Below, piece after piece: positions 47,827 to 56,397 of a stretch of DNA of 64,000 bases. Each line of letters starts with the position of its first letter. The first letter of the stretch is position 1. Below the pieces are notes generated by a model. The model saw only the letters and a list, made by a program, of their open reading frames with translations. It made no database searches and was not told where the DNA came from. The position numbers and the translations under genes are program-made. The DNA is from an uncultured Alphaproteobacteria bacterium. GTDB taxonomy: Bacteria; Pseudomonadota; Alphaproteobacteria; HIMB59; GCA-002718135. The stretch is from contig CACMJS010000002.1 of assembly GCA_902614085.1 (NCBI GenBank), forward strand, positions 234,268-298,267, given 5' to 3'.

Positions 47827-47840
47827 TTTACAACAATTTT
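47827..47840. promoter_or_regulatory. Perfect 14-bp palindrome GTAAAACGTTTTAC resembling a LacI-family operator
   Basis: Self-complementary with a central CG and an AAACGTTT core. It lies in the divergent intergenic region, 44 nt upstream of the SBP start and 97 nt upstream of the isomerase-like gene. Confidence 0.5.
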
Positions 47841-47936
47841 TAATTACTATTATTGAGTTTTTATAAATAACAATTATTGTGAAAAAATTAACTTAATGAC
47901 TTGGGAGTCCCCAAAAACAAAGGATTTTAAATTTAT

Positions 47937-49319
47937 ATGAAATTGAAAGTTGGTTACTTTGGTATTGGTCGTTTAACATTTGATACGGGATTGGCTGAAA
48001 AATATTTTCAACTTATTAGTAAAAAAATTAATTTAAAATATAAGAATTCAATTGGTATAGAAAAAATTGTTTACACTGAAACAGATGTAAAAAATTTAAT
48101 AAAATTTTTTAAAAAAAAACCTTGTGATTATTATATAGCAATACAAACAACCTTTACTGATGCTAAATTTATAGTTGAATTTTCAAAAATTTTTTCCGAA
48201 AAGTTTTTGCTCTTGGCCATTCAAGAGAATAGGACGGGCAAAAGATTAAGATTAAATTCTATATGTGGTTTAAATTTAGCATCTCATGCATTACAAAAAA
48301 ATAATTTTTATCCTTCTCTAGATATATTGGATTTAAAAAAAGATTTAAAGAATCAAATTCAAATTAAACTTCCAAGAAGAAAAAAAATCTTTTTAAAATC
48401 ATTAAAATTGAACAAAAAATACAACAAGCAAGCAAATGAAATTTATAAAAAAATAAATAATCAAAATTTAGGCCTAATTGGTAAAAGACCTGAAGGTTTT
48501 TATACATGTGATTTTAATAAATCTGAGTTGAAAGAAAAATTAAAAGTAAATATAAAAAATATATCTTTAAGTAAACTTTTTGATATTTCTAAAAATTTAT
48601 CAAATAAAGAATTAATAAATACCAAAAATAATACAAAAAAATATATTTCAAATCTGGATAAATTAAATCAAAAAGAGTTAAACAAAAGCCTTTCACTTTA
48701 TAATGGTCTGAAAATTATAAAAAGCAAAAATAACTTAGATAATTTAGCAGTTCGATGTTGGCCAGAAACATTTACAGAATATGGTTGTGCAATTTGTGCA
48801 CCTATGGCAATGATGAATGAAGAGCTCGTAAGCAGTGCTTGTGAGGCTGATGTTTTAGGATCAGTAAGCTGTAATATTTTAAATAAAATTTCTAACTCAC
48901 CTGCTTTATTAGTAGATATTGTAGATGTCAGAAAATCAGATCAAACTGCAGTTTTTTGGCATTGCGGACTTGCTCCAAAAAGTATGGCAGATGGAAAAAT
49001 AAAAGCAGGTATACACTCCAACAGACTAAAACCTTTATTACACGAATTTGCTCTTAAGGCAGGTGATATAACTATATTTAGAATATCAAAAACTAGAAAT
49101 AAGTTAATATTCTTTGTGCAAAAAGCAAAGATCTTAAAGAGAAAAAAGTCATTTTCAGGAACATCAGGTGTTGTAACTTTAGGCAGTAGTACATATTCAA
49201 AATTTAAAAGATTATTTGAATCTGGTATTGAGCACCATTTAGGTTTTACTTATGGTAATTTTGAAAAAGAAATAAAGTTGCTTGCAGGAAAATTAAATAT
49301 TCCCGTTTATACATTATGA
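47937..49319 (+). CDS. L-fucose/L-arabinose isomerase-family (COG2407-like) protein
   Basis: 460 aa. VRCWPE...GCAICAPMAMMN...ACEADVLGS pattern, which I recall from FucI-like isomerases. Assignment is tentative. Confidence 0.5.
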   Translation: MKLKVGYFGIGRLTFDTGLAEKYFQLISKKINLKYKNSIGIEKIVYTETDVKNLIKFFKKKPCDYYIAIQTTFTDAKFIVEFSKIFSEKFLLLAIQENRTGKRLRLNSICGLNLASHALQKNNFYPSLDILDLKKDLKNQIQIKLPRRKKIFLKSLKLNKKYNKQANEIYKKINNQNLGLIGKRPEGFYTCDFNKSELKEKLKVNIKNISLSKLFDISKNLSNKELINTKNNTKKYISNLDKLNQKELNKSLSLYNGLKIIKSKNNLDNLAVRCWPETFTEYGCAICAPMAMMNEELVSSACEADVLGSVSCNILNKISNSPALLVDIVDVRKSDQTAVFWHCGLAPKSMADGKIKAGIHSNRLKPLLHEFALKAGDITIFRISKTRNKLIFFVQKAKILKRKKSFSGTSGVVTLGSSTYSKFKRLFESGIEHHLGFTYGNFEKEIKLLAGKLNIPVYTL

Positions 49320-50401
49320 ACAAAATTAAATATGGCATAATTGGAGCAGGTACAATGGCTAGAGAGCATATAAACAATATATCAATTATTGAAGATGCTG
49401 AAGTAGTCGCTTTAAGTGACCCCGATGATCATTCACTTGAAAAATCAAAAAAAATTGCCCCAAATGAAATAAAAATTTTCAATAATTACATCGAAATGGC
49501 TGAGGCAAATTTAGCTGATGTTTTTTTAATATCATCTCCCAATTTCACTCATTATGGAATTGTTAAGGATCTAATTAAATACAATAAGCATTTTTTGATT
49601 GAAAAACCCCTTTGTACTAATACGGCTGATTGTATTGATTTAAAAAAAATAACTACAAATTATAAATCGATAGTTTGGATTGGAATGGAATATAGATACA
49701 TGCCTCCTGTAGCAAAATTTATTCAAAATATTCATAATAATAAAATTGGAGATTTAAAAATGTTAGCCATTAGGGAGCATAGAGAACCTTTCTTGGTTAA
49801 AGTAAATGATTGGAATCGACTATCAAAAAATACAGGTGGTACATTAGTAGAAAAATGCTGTCATTTTTTTGATTTAATGAGATACATTATTAAAAGTGAT
49901 CCAATACAAGTTTACGCTAGTGGTGGGCAAGATGTGAACCATTTAGATGAAGAGTACAACGGTGAAAAATCAGATATTCTTGATAATGCTTATGTAATTG
50001 TTGATTTTGCAAACAAAGTGAGAGCTTCTTTAGATCTCTGTATGTTTGCTGAAAATTCAAATTTTCAAGAAGAACTATCTGCAGTAGGCACTAAAGGCAA
50101 AATAGAAACTGGAGTGCCATCTAGCAAATCTGGAATTAACAAATCAGAAGTTTTCCTTAACTTACGTAATAAGATAAAGCCAGATATTGAAACAATTGAG
50201 GTTGATAACAAAATACTTCAAGCAGGTCATCATCATGGTTCTACATATTATGAGCATCTGAAATTTTTAGATTGTATTAAAAATAAATCTAATCCAGAAG
50301 TTTCTCTTAATGATGGATTGATAGCTGTTGCCACTGGTGAGGCTGCAGAAAAATCAATAAAAGAAAATCGTATAGTTAAGATGAGTGAATTTAATCTTTA
50401 A
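49316..50401 (+). CDS. Gfo/Idh/MocA family oxidoreductase
   Basis: YGIIGAGTMAREH and IEKPL motifs. The start overlaps the upstream stop (ATGA). Confidence 0.85.
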   Translation: MNKIKYGIIGAGTMAREHINNISIIEDAEVVALSDPDDHSLEKSKKIAPNEIKIFNNYIEMAEANLADVFLISSPNFTHYGIVKDLIKYNKHFLIEKPLCTNTADCIDLKKITTNYKSIVWIGMEYRYMPPVAKFIQNIHNNKIGDLKMLAIREHREPFLVKVNDWNRLSKNTGGTLVEKCCHFFDLMRYIIKSDPIQVYASGGQDVNHLDEEYNGEKSDILDNAYVIVDFANKVRASLDLCMFAENSNFQEELSAVGTKGKIETGVPSSKSGINKSEVFLNLRNKIKPDIETIEVDNKILQAGHHHGSTYYEHLKFLDCIKNKSNPEVSLNDGLIAVATGEAAEKSIKENRIVKMSEFNL

Positions 50402-51326
50402 AATTTTCAAAAAATTTATTTGTTTTATCAATTATAAAATTACTTACTCTTACGTTCGATTCCTCAGTTACACCTGCGATATGAGGTGTTAAGATGCAAT
50501 TCATATCATTTGAAATATTTTTATAGAATGTTTCATTTACTGGTTCATTTTCAAAAACATCTAATGCAAAACCAGAGATATATTTGTTTCTATAAGCATC
50601 AATTAAGTCATTCTCATTTATGACACCACCCCTAGAAGTATTAATTATGATTGGTTGTTTTTTCATCTTAATAAAAACTTGTCTGTCAAATAAATACTTT
50701 GTGTCATTATTTAATGGAACATGAATAGAAATTATGTCGGCCAAATTAAGAATTTCATCAAATGATACTTTCTTAACATTATCTTCCTCCATTTGTTTCA
50801 AAGTTATAAAAGGATCATATGCGATACAGGTAACGTCAAAAACATTTACAAGCTTTAAAACTTTTTTTGAAATATCCCCAAAACCTATTAAGCCAAGAGT
50901 CTTTCCTTTTAGCTCTTTTGTAACAATTGATGTTCTTGGCCATGCTCCTTGTAGAGTTAGCTCATTAATAATTTGAGTTTTTTTTAATAATGTAAGGGAA
51001 GAATTCACAACGTATTCAGCAACAGAGTCAGAATTCATACCTGTTGCTGGCTGAACAATGATATTATTATTTTTGCAGTATTCTGTATCTATATTATCAA
51101 GGCCAACACCTAGTCTTCCTATAAACTTTAAATTAGATGCATTTATTAAAATATTCTTATCTAAACTTGTTTTATTCCTTACAATTATTCCATCAAATTT
51201 CTGAATTTCTTTTTCCAAAAAATCTTTATTTTGCCAAGCATCTTTTTTATAAATTACATCAAATTTTTTATTTATATTTTGTAATGATTGTGAATCTATA
51301 AATTCTGTAATTAAAATTTTTGTCAT
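50391..51326 (-). CDS. D-3-phosphoglycerate dehydrogenase-like 2-hydroxyacid dehydrogenase (no ACT domain)
   Basis: 311 aa. GLIGFGDISKKV NAD motif and a SerA-like N-terminal region (GRLGVGLDNID). Confidence 0.8.
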   Translation of the reverse strand: MTKILITEFIDSQSLQNINKKFDVIYKKDAWQNKDFLEKEIQKFDGIIVRNKTSLDKNILINASNLKFIGRLGVGLDNIDTEYCKNNNIIVQPATGMNSDSVAEYVVNSSLTLLKKTQIINELTLQGAWPRTSIVTKELKGKTLGLIGFGDISKKVLKLVNVFDVTCIAYDPFITLKQMEEDNVKKVSFDEILNLADIISIHVPLNNDTKYLFDRQVFIKMKKQPIIINTSRGGVINENDLIDAYRNKYISGFALDVFENEPVNETFYKNISNDMNCILTPHIAGVTEESNVRVSNFIIDKTNKFFENFKD

Positions 51327-52231
51327 TTAATTTTTCTAATTTTTAATTTTTTTGAAAATTTATTTACGTTGTTTAAATTTGGTATTGAATATATGCCACC
51401 AGTTTTCATACATTTTAATGTTGCAGTTGCTGCCGCTAATTGAACACTTTGAGAGTTTGATTTATTTAACGATAGAGCTGTTGCAAAAGCACCATGAAAA
51501 ACATCTCCTGCACAATTTGTTTCAACTGTTTTTACCTTTGGAACATTACAATGAAATAATGAGTTATTTTCAACCCAATAAACACCTTTCGATCCCATAG
51601 TAACTGCAACAAATTTATTTGTTTCATTGAATATTTGAAAAAGAGCATTTTGCATATTGATGTTTTTTTTATAAGTTTTCAAACCTTCTTCAGAAAATAT
51701 AGGGTGAGAAGCTTTGTTAACGATTTCAGAAATTTTATTTGAATTTTTAAAATTATCTAGATCAGCAACACATTTAATATTTTTTTTATTGGTATTAATA
51801 GCAATATTAAAGGCCATATCTATCCATCTCATATCTATTGAGTAAATATCCATTTTTCTAAAATTTAATTTGGGTATTTTCTTATAATCAAGTAATTTTG
51901 GATCATTGTAAGCTGCTAGTAATCTTTCACCTTTTTTATCCTCAATTACAAAGCTTTGCGAAGACTGACATTTTTTTATAAAAATTGATTTACTAGTGTT
52001 GATAGAAAATTTTTTTAATTCATTTTTTAAAAAGACTGAAGAATCATCGTCTCCAAATTTTCCAATGAATTTTGATTCAGAGCCCAAAATTTTTGCAGTA
52101 AATGCCGATACTGCTGCTGACCCGCCTAATCTTTTATCAATACCTCTAGATAAAACTTTAATTGGTTTTTTTGGAAATTTATCTATCCTACTTATGTAAT
52201 CTGTAAATATTGATCCTGCACAAATGATCAT
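51323..52231 (-). CDS. PfkB-family sugar kinase, possibly YihV (sulfofructose kinase)-like subfamily
   Basis: GKFGDDDSS, SSQSFVIEDKKGERL, NCAGDVFHGAFATAL, LKCMKTGG. These resemble my recollection of E. coli YihV strings (GRVGDDDTG, SSQSAIMVDTKGERI, GAGDVFHGALAVAL, LKCTRPGG). The subfamily call is unverified. Confidence 0.8.
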   Translation of the reverse strand: MIICAGSIFTDYISRIDKFPKKPIKVLSRGIDKRLGGSAAVSAFTAKILGSESKFIGKFGDDDSSVFLKNELKKFSINTSKSIFIKKCQSSQSFVIEDKKGERLLAAYNDPKLLDYKKIPKLNFRKMDIYSIDMRWIDMAFNIAINTNKKNIKCVADLDNFKNSNKISEIVNKASHPIFSEEGLKTYKKNINMQNALFQIFNETNKFVAVTMGSKGVYWVENNSLFHCNVPKVKTVETNCAGDVFHGAFATALSLNKSNSQSVQLAAATATLKCMKTGGIYSIPNLNNVNKFSKKLKIRKIK

Positions 52232-52241
52232 AAAATATTAG

Positions 52242-52811
52242 TTAAAGGTATTTAACTATACCGATAAACTTTCTAAACCTATCTCTTATAGTTATAGGAT
52301 TGAGTGGGATAGGATCAATTTTAACATTCCCAGAATTGATCTTTGAAATTATTACATATGAATTATCTTTATCATCAATGGCTTTGTTCAATTCATTAAT
52401 TGTTTCCTCACCAGAACATTCAATTACATTTTTGCAGCCAGCTCCTAATGCAACATCCTTTAAAGAAGTTTTCTCATCAGTAAATGTTCGTTGATCTCCT
52501 GTTGATCCATAAGAGCCATTATCGATTATCAATAAAGTATAGTTTGATGGCGCTCTATTGCCTATTGTTGCTAGGGTATTCATATTCATTAAAACTGATC
52601 CATCACCATCTATACTAATCACGTGTTTATTTTGAGATAGTGCCAAACCTAAGCCAATAGAAGATGATAAGCCCATACTGCCTAACATATAAAAAAAATT
52701 TGGTTGATCACTAATTTTATATAATTCTTGAGATGGAAGACCTATATTACAAATAACTAAGTTATCTTTAAGAATATTTTGTATCTTATTTAATAAATCA
52801 AAACGGTTCAT
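52242..52811 (-). CDS. ThDP-dependent decarboxylase beta subunit (sulfopyruvate decarboxylase ComE-like / PP domain)
   Basis: 189 aa. ThDP-binding motif GDGSVLMNMNTLATIG...NGSYGSTG. Confidence 0.75.
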   Translation of the reverse strand: MNRFDLLNKIQNILKDNLVICNIGLPSQELYKISDQPNFFYMLGSMGLSSSIGLGLALSQNKHVISIDGDGSVLMNMNTLATIGNRAPSNYTLLIIDNGSYGSTGDQRTFTDEKTSLKDVALGAGCKNVIECSGEETINELNKAIDDKDNSYVIISKINSGNVKIDPIPLNPITIRDRFRKFIGIVKYL

Positions 52812-53308
52812 TTATCATCTTTCATTAAATTGAAATCACATAAAATAGCTACTGGTGATTCAATAACTTTGGCATGTTTGCTAAATGTTGAAATTTTATC
52901 TAATTCTTTTTCAGAAGAACAATGCAGGATAGGAATTCTTAATGTTTGTAAAATATCTTCAGTTATTTTCGCCATTCCGCCTTGTGCTCCTACTGGCTCA
53001 CCTGGTGTACCCCTATAACTAATTAGAAAAATAACAGGCATTTGATATAATTGTAATAAAGATACAATTGCGTTCACTGAATTTCCAATTCCTGTATTCT
53101 GCATCATTATACATGGGAATTTATTTCCTAGATAAGCTCCAGCACAAATACCCATACCTTCTTCCTCTCGTGGTACAGCCGAATAATAAACATCCTTATC
53201 ATTTTCAAGAATATCAATCATATTAGCTAACAACTTACACGGAACGCTTAAATAAAAATCTACTCCACCTTTTTTTAAATTATCGATGATTTTTTTACTA
53301 ATTTTCAT
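52808..53308 (-). CDS. ThDP-dependent decarboxylase alpha subunit (sulfopyruvate decarboxylase ComD-like / Pyr domain)
   Basis: 166 aa. SVPCKLL, REEEGMGICAGAYLG, MQNTGIGNSVNAI. It overlaps the beta-subunit start by 4 nt. Confidence 0.75.
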   Translation of the reverse strand: MKISKKIIDNLKKGGVDFYLSVPCKLLANMIDILENDKDVYYSAVPREEEGMGICAGAYLGNKFPCIMMQNTGIGNSVNAIVSLLQLYQMPVIFLISYRGTPGEPVGAQGGMAKITEDILQTLRIPILHCSSEKELDKISTFSKHAKVIESPVAILCDFNLMKDDK

Positions 53309-53355
53309 TTATGCGGATGTCTATAGATATAAAATTATAAAAACAATAAATTAAT

Positions 53356-54408
53356 TTATTTAAAATCATTTCTTAATTTTATTTTTGTGTTTGAATTATA
53401 TTTTTCACCTTCTTTTAATATAGTTGATGGAAAATTTGGTTGATTAATAGCATCAGGAAAAATTTGCGTCTCTAGACACATGCCGTACTGTAAGCCATAA
53501 TTACGATTATGTTTACCATCGTATGAGTCTTTCATCATATTCCCAGTATAAAATTGTATTCCAGGTTGATCTGTAGAGTATTCAACTCCCATACCAGTAA
53601 TTTTACTGTAGATGGAAGCTATAGATTTATCAATTGAATGATCTTTAAGAACATAATTGTGATCGATACCACCACTTTCTAAAAAAGCATTATTTATTTC
53701 AAATGAATTATTAAGATCATATTTTGTATTAACTACATCGAATAATTTACCAGTAGGAATTGAGCCCTCATCAGTTTCACAAATTTGATTTGATGATATT
53801 CTTACAACATGATCAGTAATATTTTTGTAATTATCTTTATGACCGTGGAAATTCCAATAATTATGATTAGTCATATTAACAATAGTATCTTGGTCAGAAA
53901 TAGCATTAAAGGAAATTAGAATTTCGTTATTGTTATTAAGTTCATAAATAGTTTTGCAATTTAAGTTACCTGGATAATTTTCTTCTAAATGTTTAGAGTA
54001 GTAAGTAAGCTCTACTTTTATACTTTCACTTGTTTTTTTAATATCAGCTATTTTCCAAATCTTTTTATTAAAACCTACCTTTCCACCATGAAGATGATCA
54101 GGCTCGGTATTAGAATATAAATTATATTCTTCCCCATTAAGAGTAAATTTACTTTGCCCTATTCTATTACAAACTCTTCCAATAATTGAATTAAAATATC
54201 CATGAGCTTCCAGACAATCATCTAAATTACCATATCCTAATAATACATCCTCTGTTTCAGAGACATTAGAAGAAGTTGGAATACAAACTTCACTCATATA
54301 GCCGCCATATGTATAAAAACTAAAACTATAATTGTTTGAGTTAATAATATTAACTATGTCTATATCTAAACCTTTATCATTTTTAAGTTTGGTAATTTTA
54401 TATTCCAT
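53356..54408 (-). CDS. Aldose 1-epimerase (GalM-like mutarotase)
   Basis: IIGRVCNRIGQSKFTLNGEEYNL...HLHGGKVGFNKKIW motif. Confidence 0.85.
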   Translation of the reverse strand: MEYKITKLKNDKGLDIDIVNIINSNNYSFSFYTYGGYMSEVCIPTSSNVSETEDVLLGYGNLDDCLEAHGYFNSIIGRVCNRIGQSKFTLNGEEYNLYSNTEPDHLHGGKVGFNKKIWKIADIKKTSESIKVELTYYSKHLEENYPGNLNCKTIYELNNNNEILISFNAISDQDTIVNMTNHNYWNFHGHKDNYKNITDHVVRISSNQICETDEGSIPTGKLFDVVNTKYDLNNSFEINNAFLESGGIDHNYVLKDHSIDKSIASIYSKITGMGVEYSTDQPGIQFYTGNMMKDSYDGKHNRNYGLQYGMCLETQIFPDAINQPNFPSTILKEGEKYNSNTKIKLRNDFK

Positions 54409-55307
54409 TATGTTTTCCTTAACCTTTGAAAATTATTTTTTCTTTGTTGAAGATAAATGATTAATCCACCTAAAACTATGAAAAAAGCACCTGGGAAGAG
54501 TTGATCAACTGGCCATTCTGCAAAAAATATCCAACCTAAAATAAGTGCAAAAAATATCTCGATATAATCAAATGGCATAATTTTGCTTAGTTCTGCTTTT
54601 CTAGCACCATATATTAATAATAAAGTTCCAGATCCTCCTGCAATTCCCATGACACAAACTACTAAGAAATCATTTACACTTTTGAAATTTTCCCACATAC
54701 CAAAAAACATCACTAACATACATGCAACTATGATTGTTCCAGTTTGACCATACAAGTTGATCAGTGGTGAAGGAACATGATCCTCAAAACTTAAGGATGT
54801 TACTCTTGCTAATGAATATCCAAAAGCAGCAAGGATAGGTAGTAATAACATATAATTAAAATCTGATGACCAAGGTTGCATAATTAAAACGATACCTACA
54901 AAACCAGAAATTACTGCACTCATTTTGTACCAACCAAATTTTTCACCTAATATAGGAATAGCAAGAAGGGTAACCATCATAGGTCCTGTGTATTCCATGG
55001 TAGCAACTAAAGCAAAAGGGAGGTAGGCATAAGAAGTGTACAAACACAATTGAGCCAGTGCTACAAATACTCCTCGAAATAATCCTAACTTCCATTGTGT
55101 TATTTTTATTTGCCTACCATTGCGATGCCAATCATGTGAAAAATATAAAGCAATAACACATGGTATCATCCCAAATAAATTTCTAAAGACAGAAAGTTGA
55201 GCTGCTGGATATTCGTTTCGTAAAAATTTTATCGCAATGCCCATACAGTCTAATAAGAACAAACCTGAAAGTGATAGAATAACAGCTAAAAATAAATTAT
55301 TTTTCAT
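54408..55307 (-). CDS. DMT superfamily (EamA-like) transporter
   Basis: 299 aa with about 10 TM segments. Its stop overlaps the mutarotase start by 1 nt. Confidence 0.7.
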   Translation of the reverse strand: MKNNLFLAVILSLSGLFLLDCMGIAIKFLRNEYPAAQLSVFRNLFGMIPCVIALYFSHDWHRNGRQIKITQWKLGLFRGVFVALAQLCLYTSYAYLPFALVATMEYTGPMMVTLLAIPILGEKFGWYKMSAVISGFVGIVLIMQPWSSDFNYMLLLPILAAFGYSLARVTSLSFEDHVPSPLINLYGQTGTIIVACMLVMFFGMWENFKSVNDFLVVCVMGIAGGSGTLLLIYGARKAELSKIMPFDYIEIFFALILGWIFFAEWPVDQLFPGAFFIVLGGLIIYLQQRKNNFQRLRKT

Positions 55308-55317
55308 TGATCATAAT

Positions 55318-56379
55318 TTATTCATCTAAAATAATTTCTTTTCCTATTTCTTGACTTTTATAAATTCCATCTAAGATTTTCATTACTTGAAGAGAGTGTT
55401 CAGCTGGAATAGTAACAGCTTTATCATTTGCTACAAAATCTGCAAACTCAATACATTCTTTTGCATGAGCTTCAATGTTGTCTTTTAAATTTCCTTCTAT
55501 TTTTTTAGTTATATGAGTTTGAGAACTGATATCATTTTTTATAATTTCACAGTTGGGCCAATGTAAACCAGCTTCCCTTCCATATAACCATACCTGCATA
55601 TCTTCTAGTTTATCTTCTGGCAATTTATGATGAAGCATCCATGATACTTCAAGCATTAAGGTTGCACCATTTTTAAACCTAACAAATGCAGCTGCAAAAT
55701 CTTCAACGTTCATTGCTTCCTTATCGTACTCTCCATTATAACTAAAAGAAGTAGGTTGCTTTGCTAATTCTGTTTTTGACACACCTGTCACAGAAAGTGG
55801 TTCTGGGTTGTTCATAAACCATAGAGTTAAATCTAATACGTGCACCCCTATATCAATACAAGGACCTCCTCCTGAATTTTCTTTTTTTAAAAAACCAAGT
55901 GAGACTGGTAAATAATTTCTTCTAAGCATCCAAGAACGTGCATGATATATCGAACCAATTAATTTGGATTCTTCTTTTATTAATTGAGAATCTTTTCTGA
56001 ATCTAAAGTGTTGAGCACACATTAATTTTTTTTTCGTTTGATCTCTTACTTCAATCATTTTTTTTATTTGTGAAGCATTTGGAGCTAAGGGTTTTTCACA
56101 TAAAACATCTTTGCCAGCTTGCATTGCTTTAATTGCTAAATCACAGTGATAGTTATTAGGTGCACAAATATCTATAATATCTATATCTGGATCATTAATC
56201 ATGTCTAAAGGATCATGATATAATTTTTTTATTTGATTTGTATTACCCCAATCTTCAAGAATTGATTTGTTTATATCAGAGCCTGCTATTAATTCAGTAT
56301 GTTCAGACATATGCCAACCAGGAATGTGTAGTTTTGCAATACCCCCAACACCAATGATACCAACTTTTAATTTACTCAT
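55318..56379 (-). CDS. Gfo/Idh/MocA family oxidoreductase
   Basis: VGIIGVGGIAKLH and CEKPLA motifs. Confidence 0.85.
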   Translation of the reverse strand: MSKLKVGIIGVGGIAKLHIPGWHMSEHTELIAGSDINKSILEDWGNTNQIKKLYHDPLDMINDPDIDIIDICAPNNYHCDLAIKAMQAGKDVLCEKPLAPNASQIKKMIEVRDQTKKKLMCAQHFRFRKDSQLIKEESKLIGSIYHARSWMLRRNYLPVSLGFLKKENSGGGPCIDIGVHVLDLTLWFMNNPEPLSVTGVSKTELAKQPTSFSYNGEYDKEAMNVEDFAAAFVRFKNGATLMLEVSWMLHHKLPEDKLEDMQVWLYGREAGLHWPNCEIIKNDISSQTHITKKIEGNLKDNIEAHAKECIEFADFVANDKAVTIPAEHSLQVMKILDGIYKSQEIGKEIILDE

Positions 56380-56397
56380 TTGTACATTTTTTTTTAT

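Noticed and set aside
52242-53308. Phosphonopyruvate decarboxylase / phosphonate biosynthesis as the role of the split ThDP enzyme
   Set aside because: No PEP mutase (pepM), aminotransferase or phosphonate-tailoring genes are in the window. The two-subunit sizes (166 and 189 aa) fit ComD/ComE better than the usually single-chain Ppd. It is not excluded without phylogeny.
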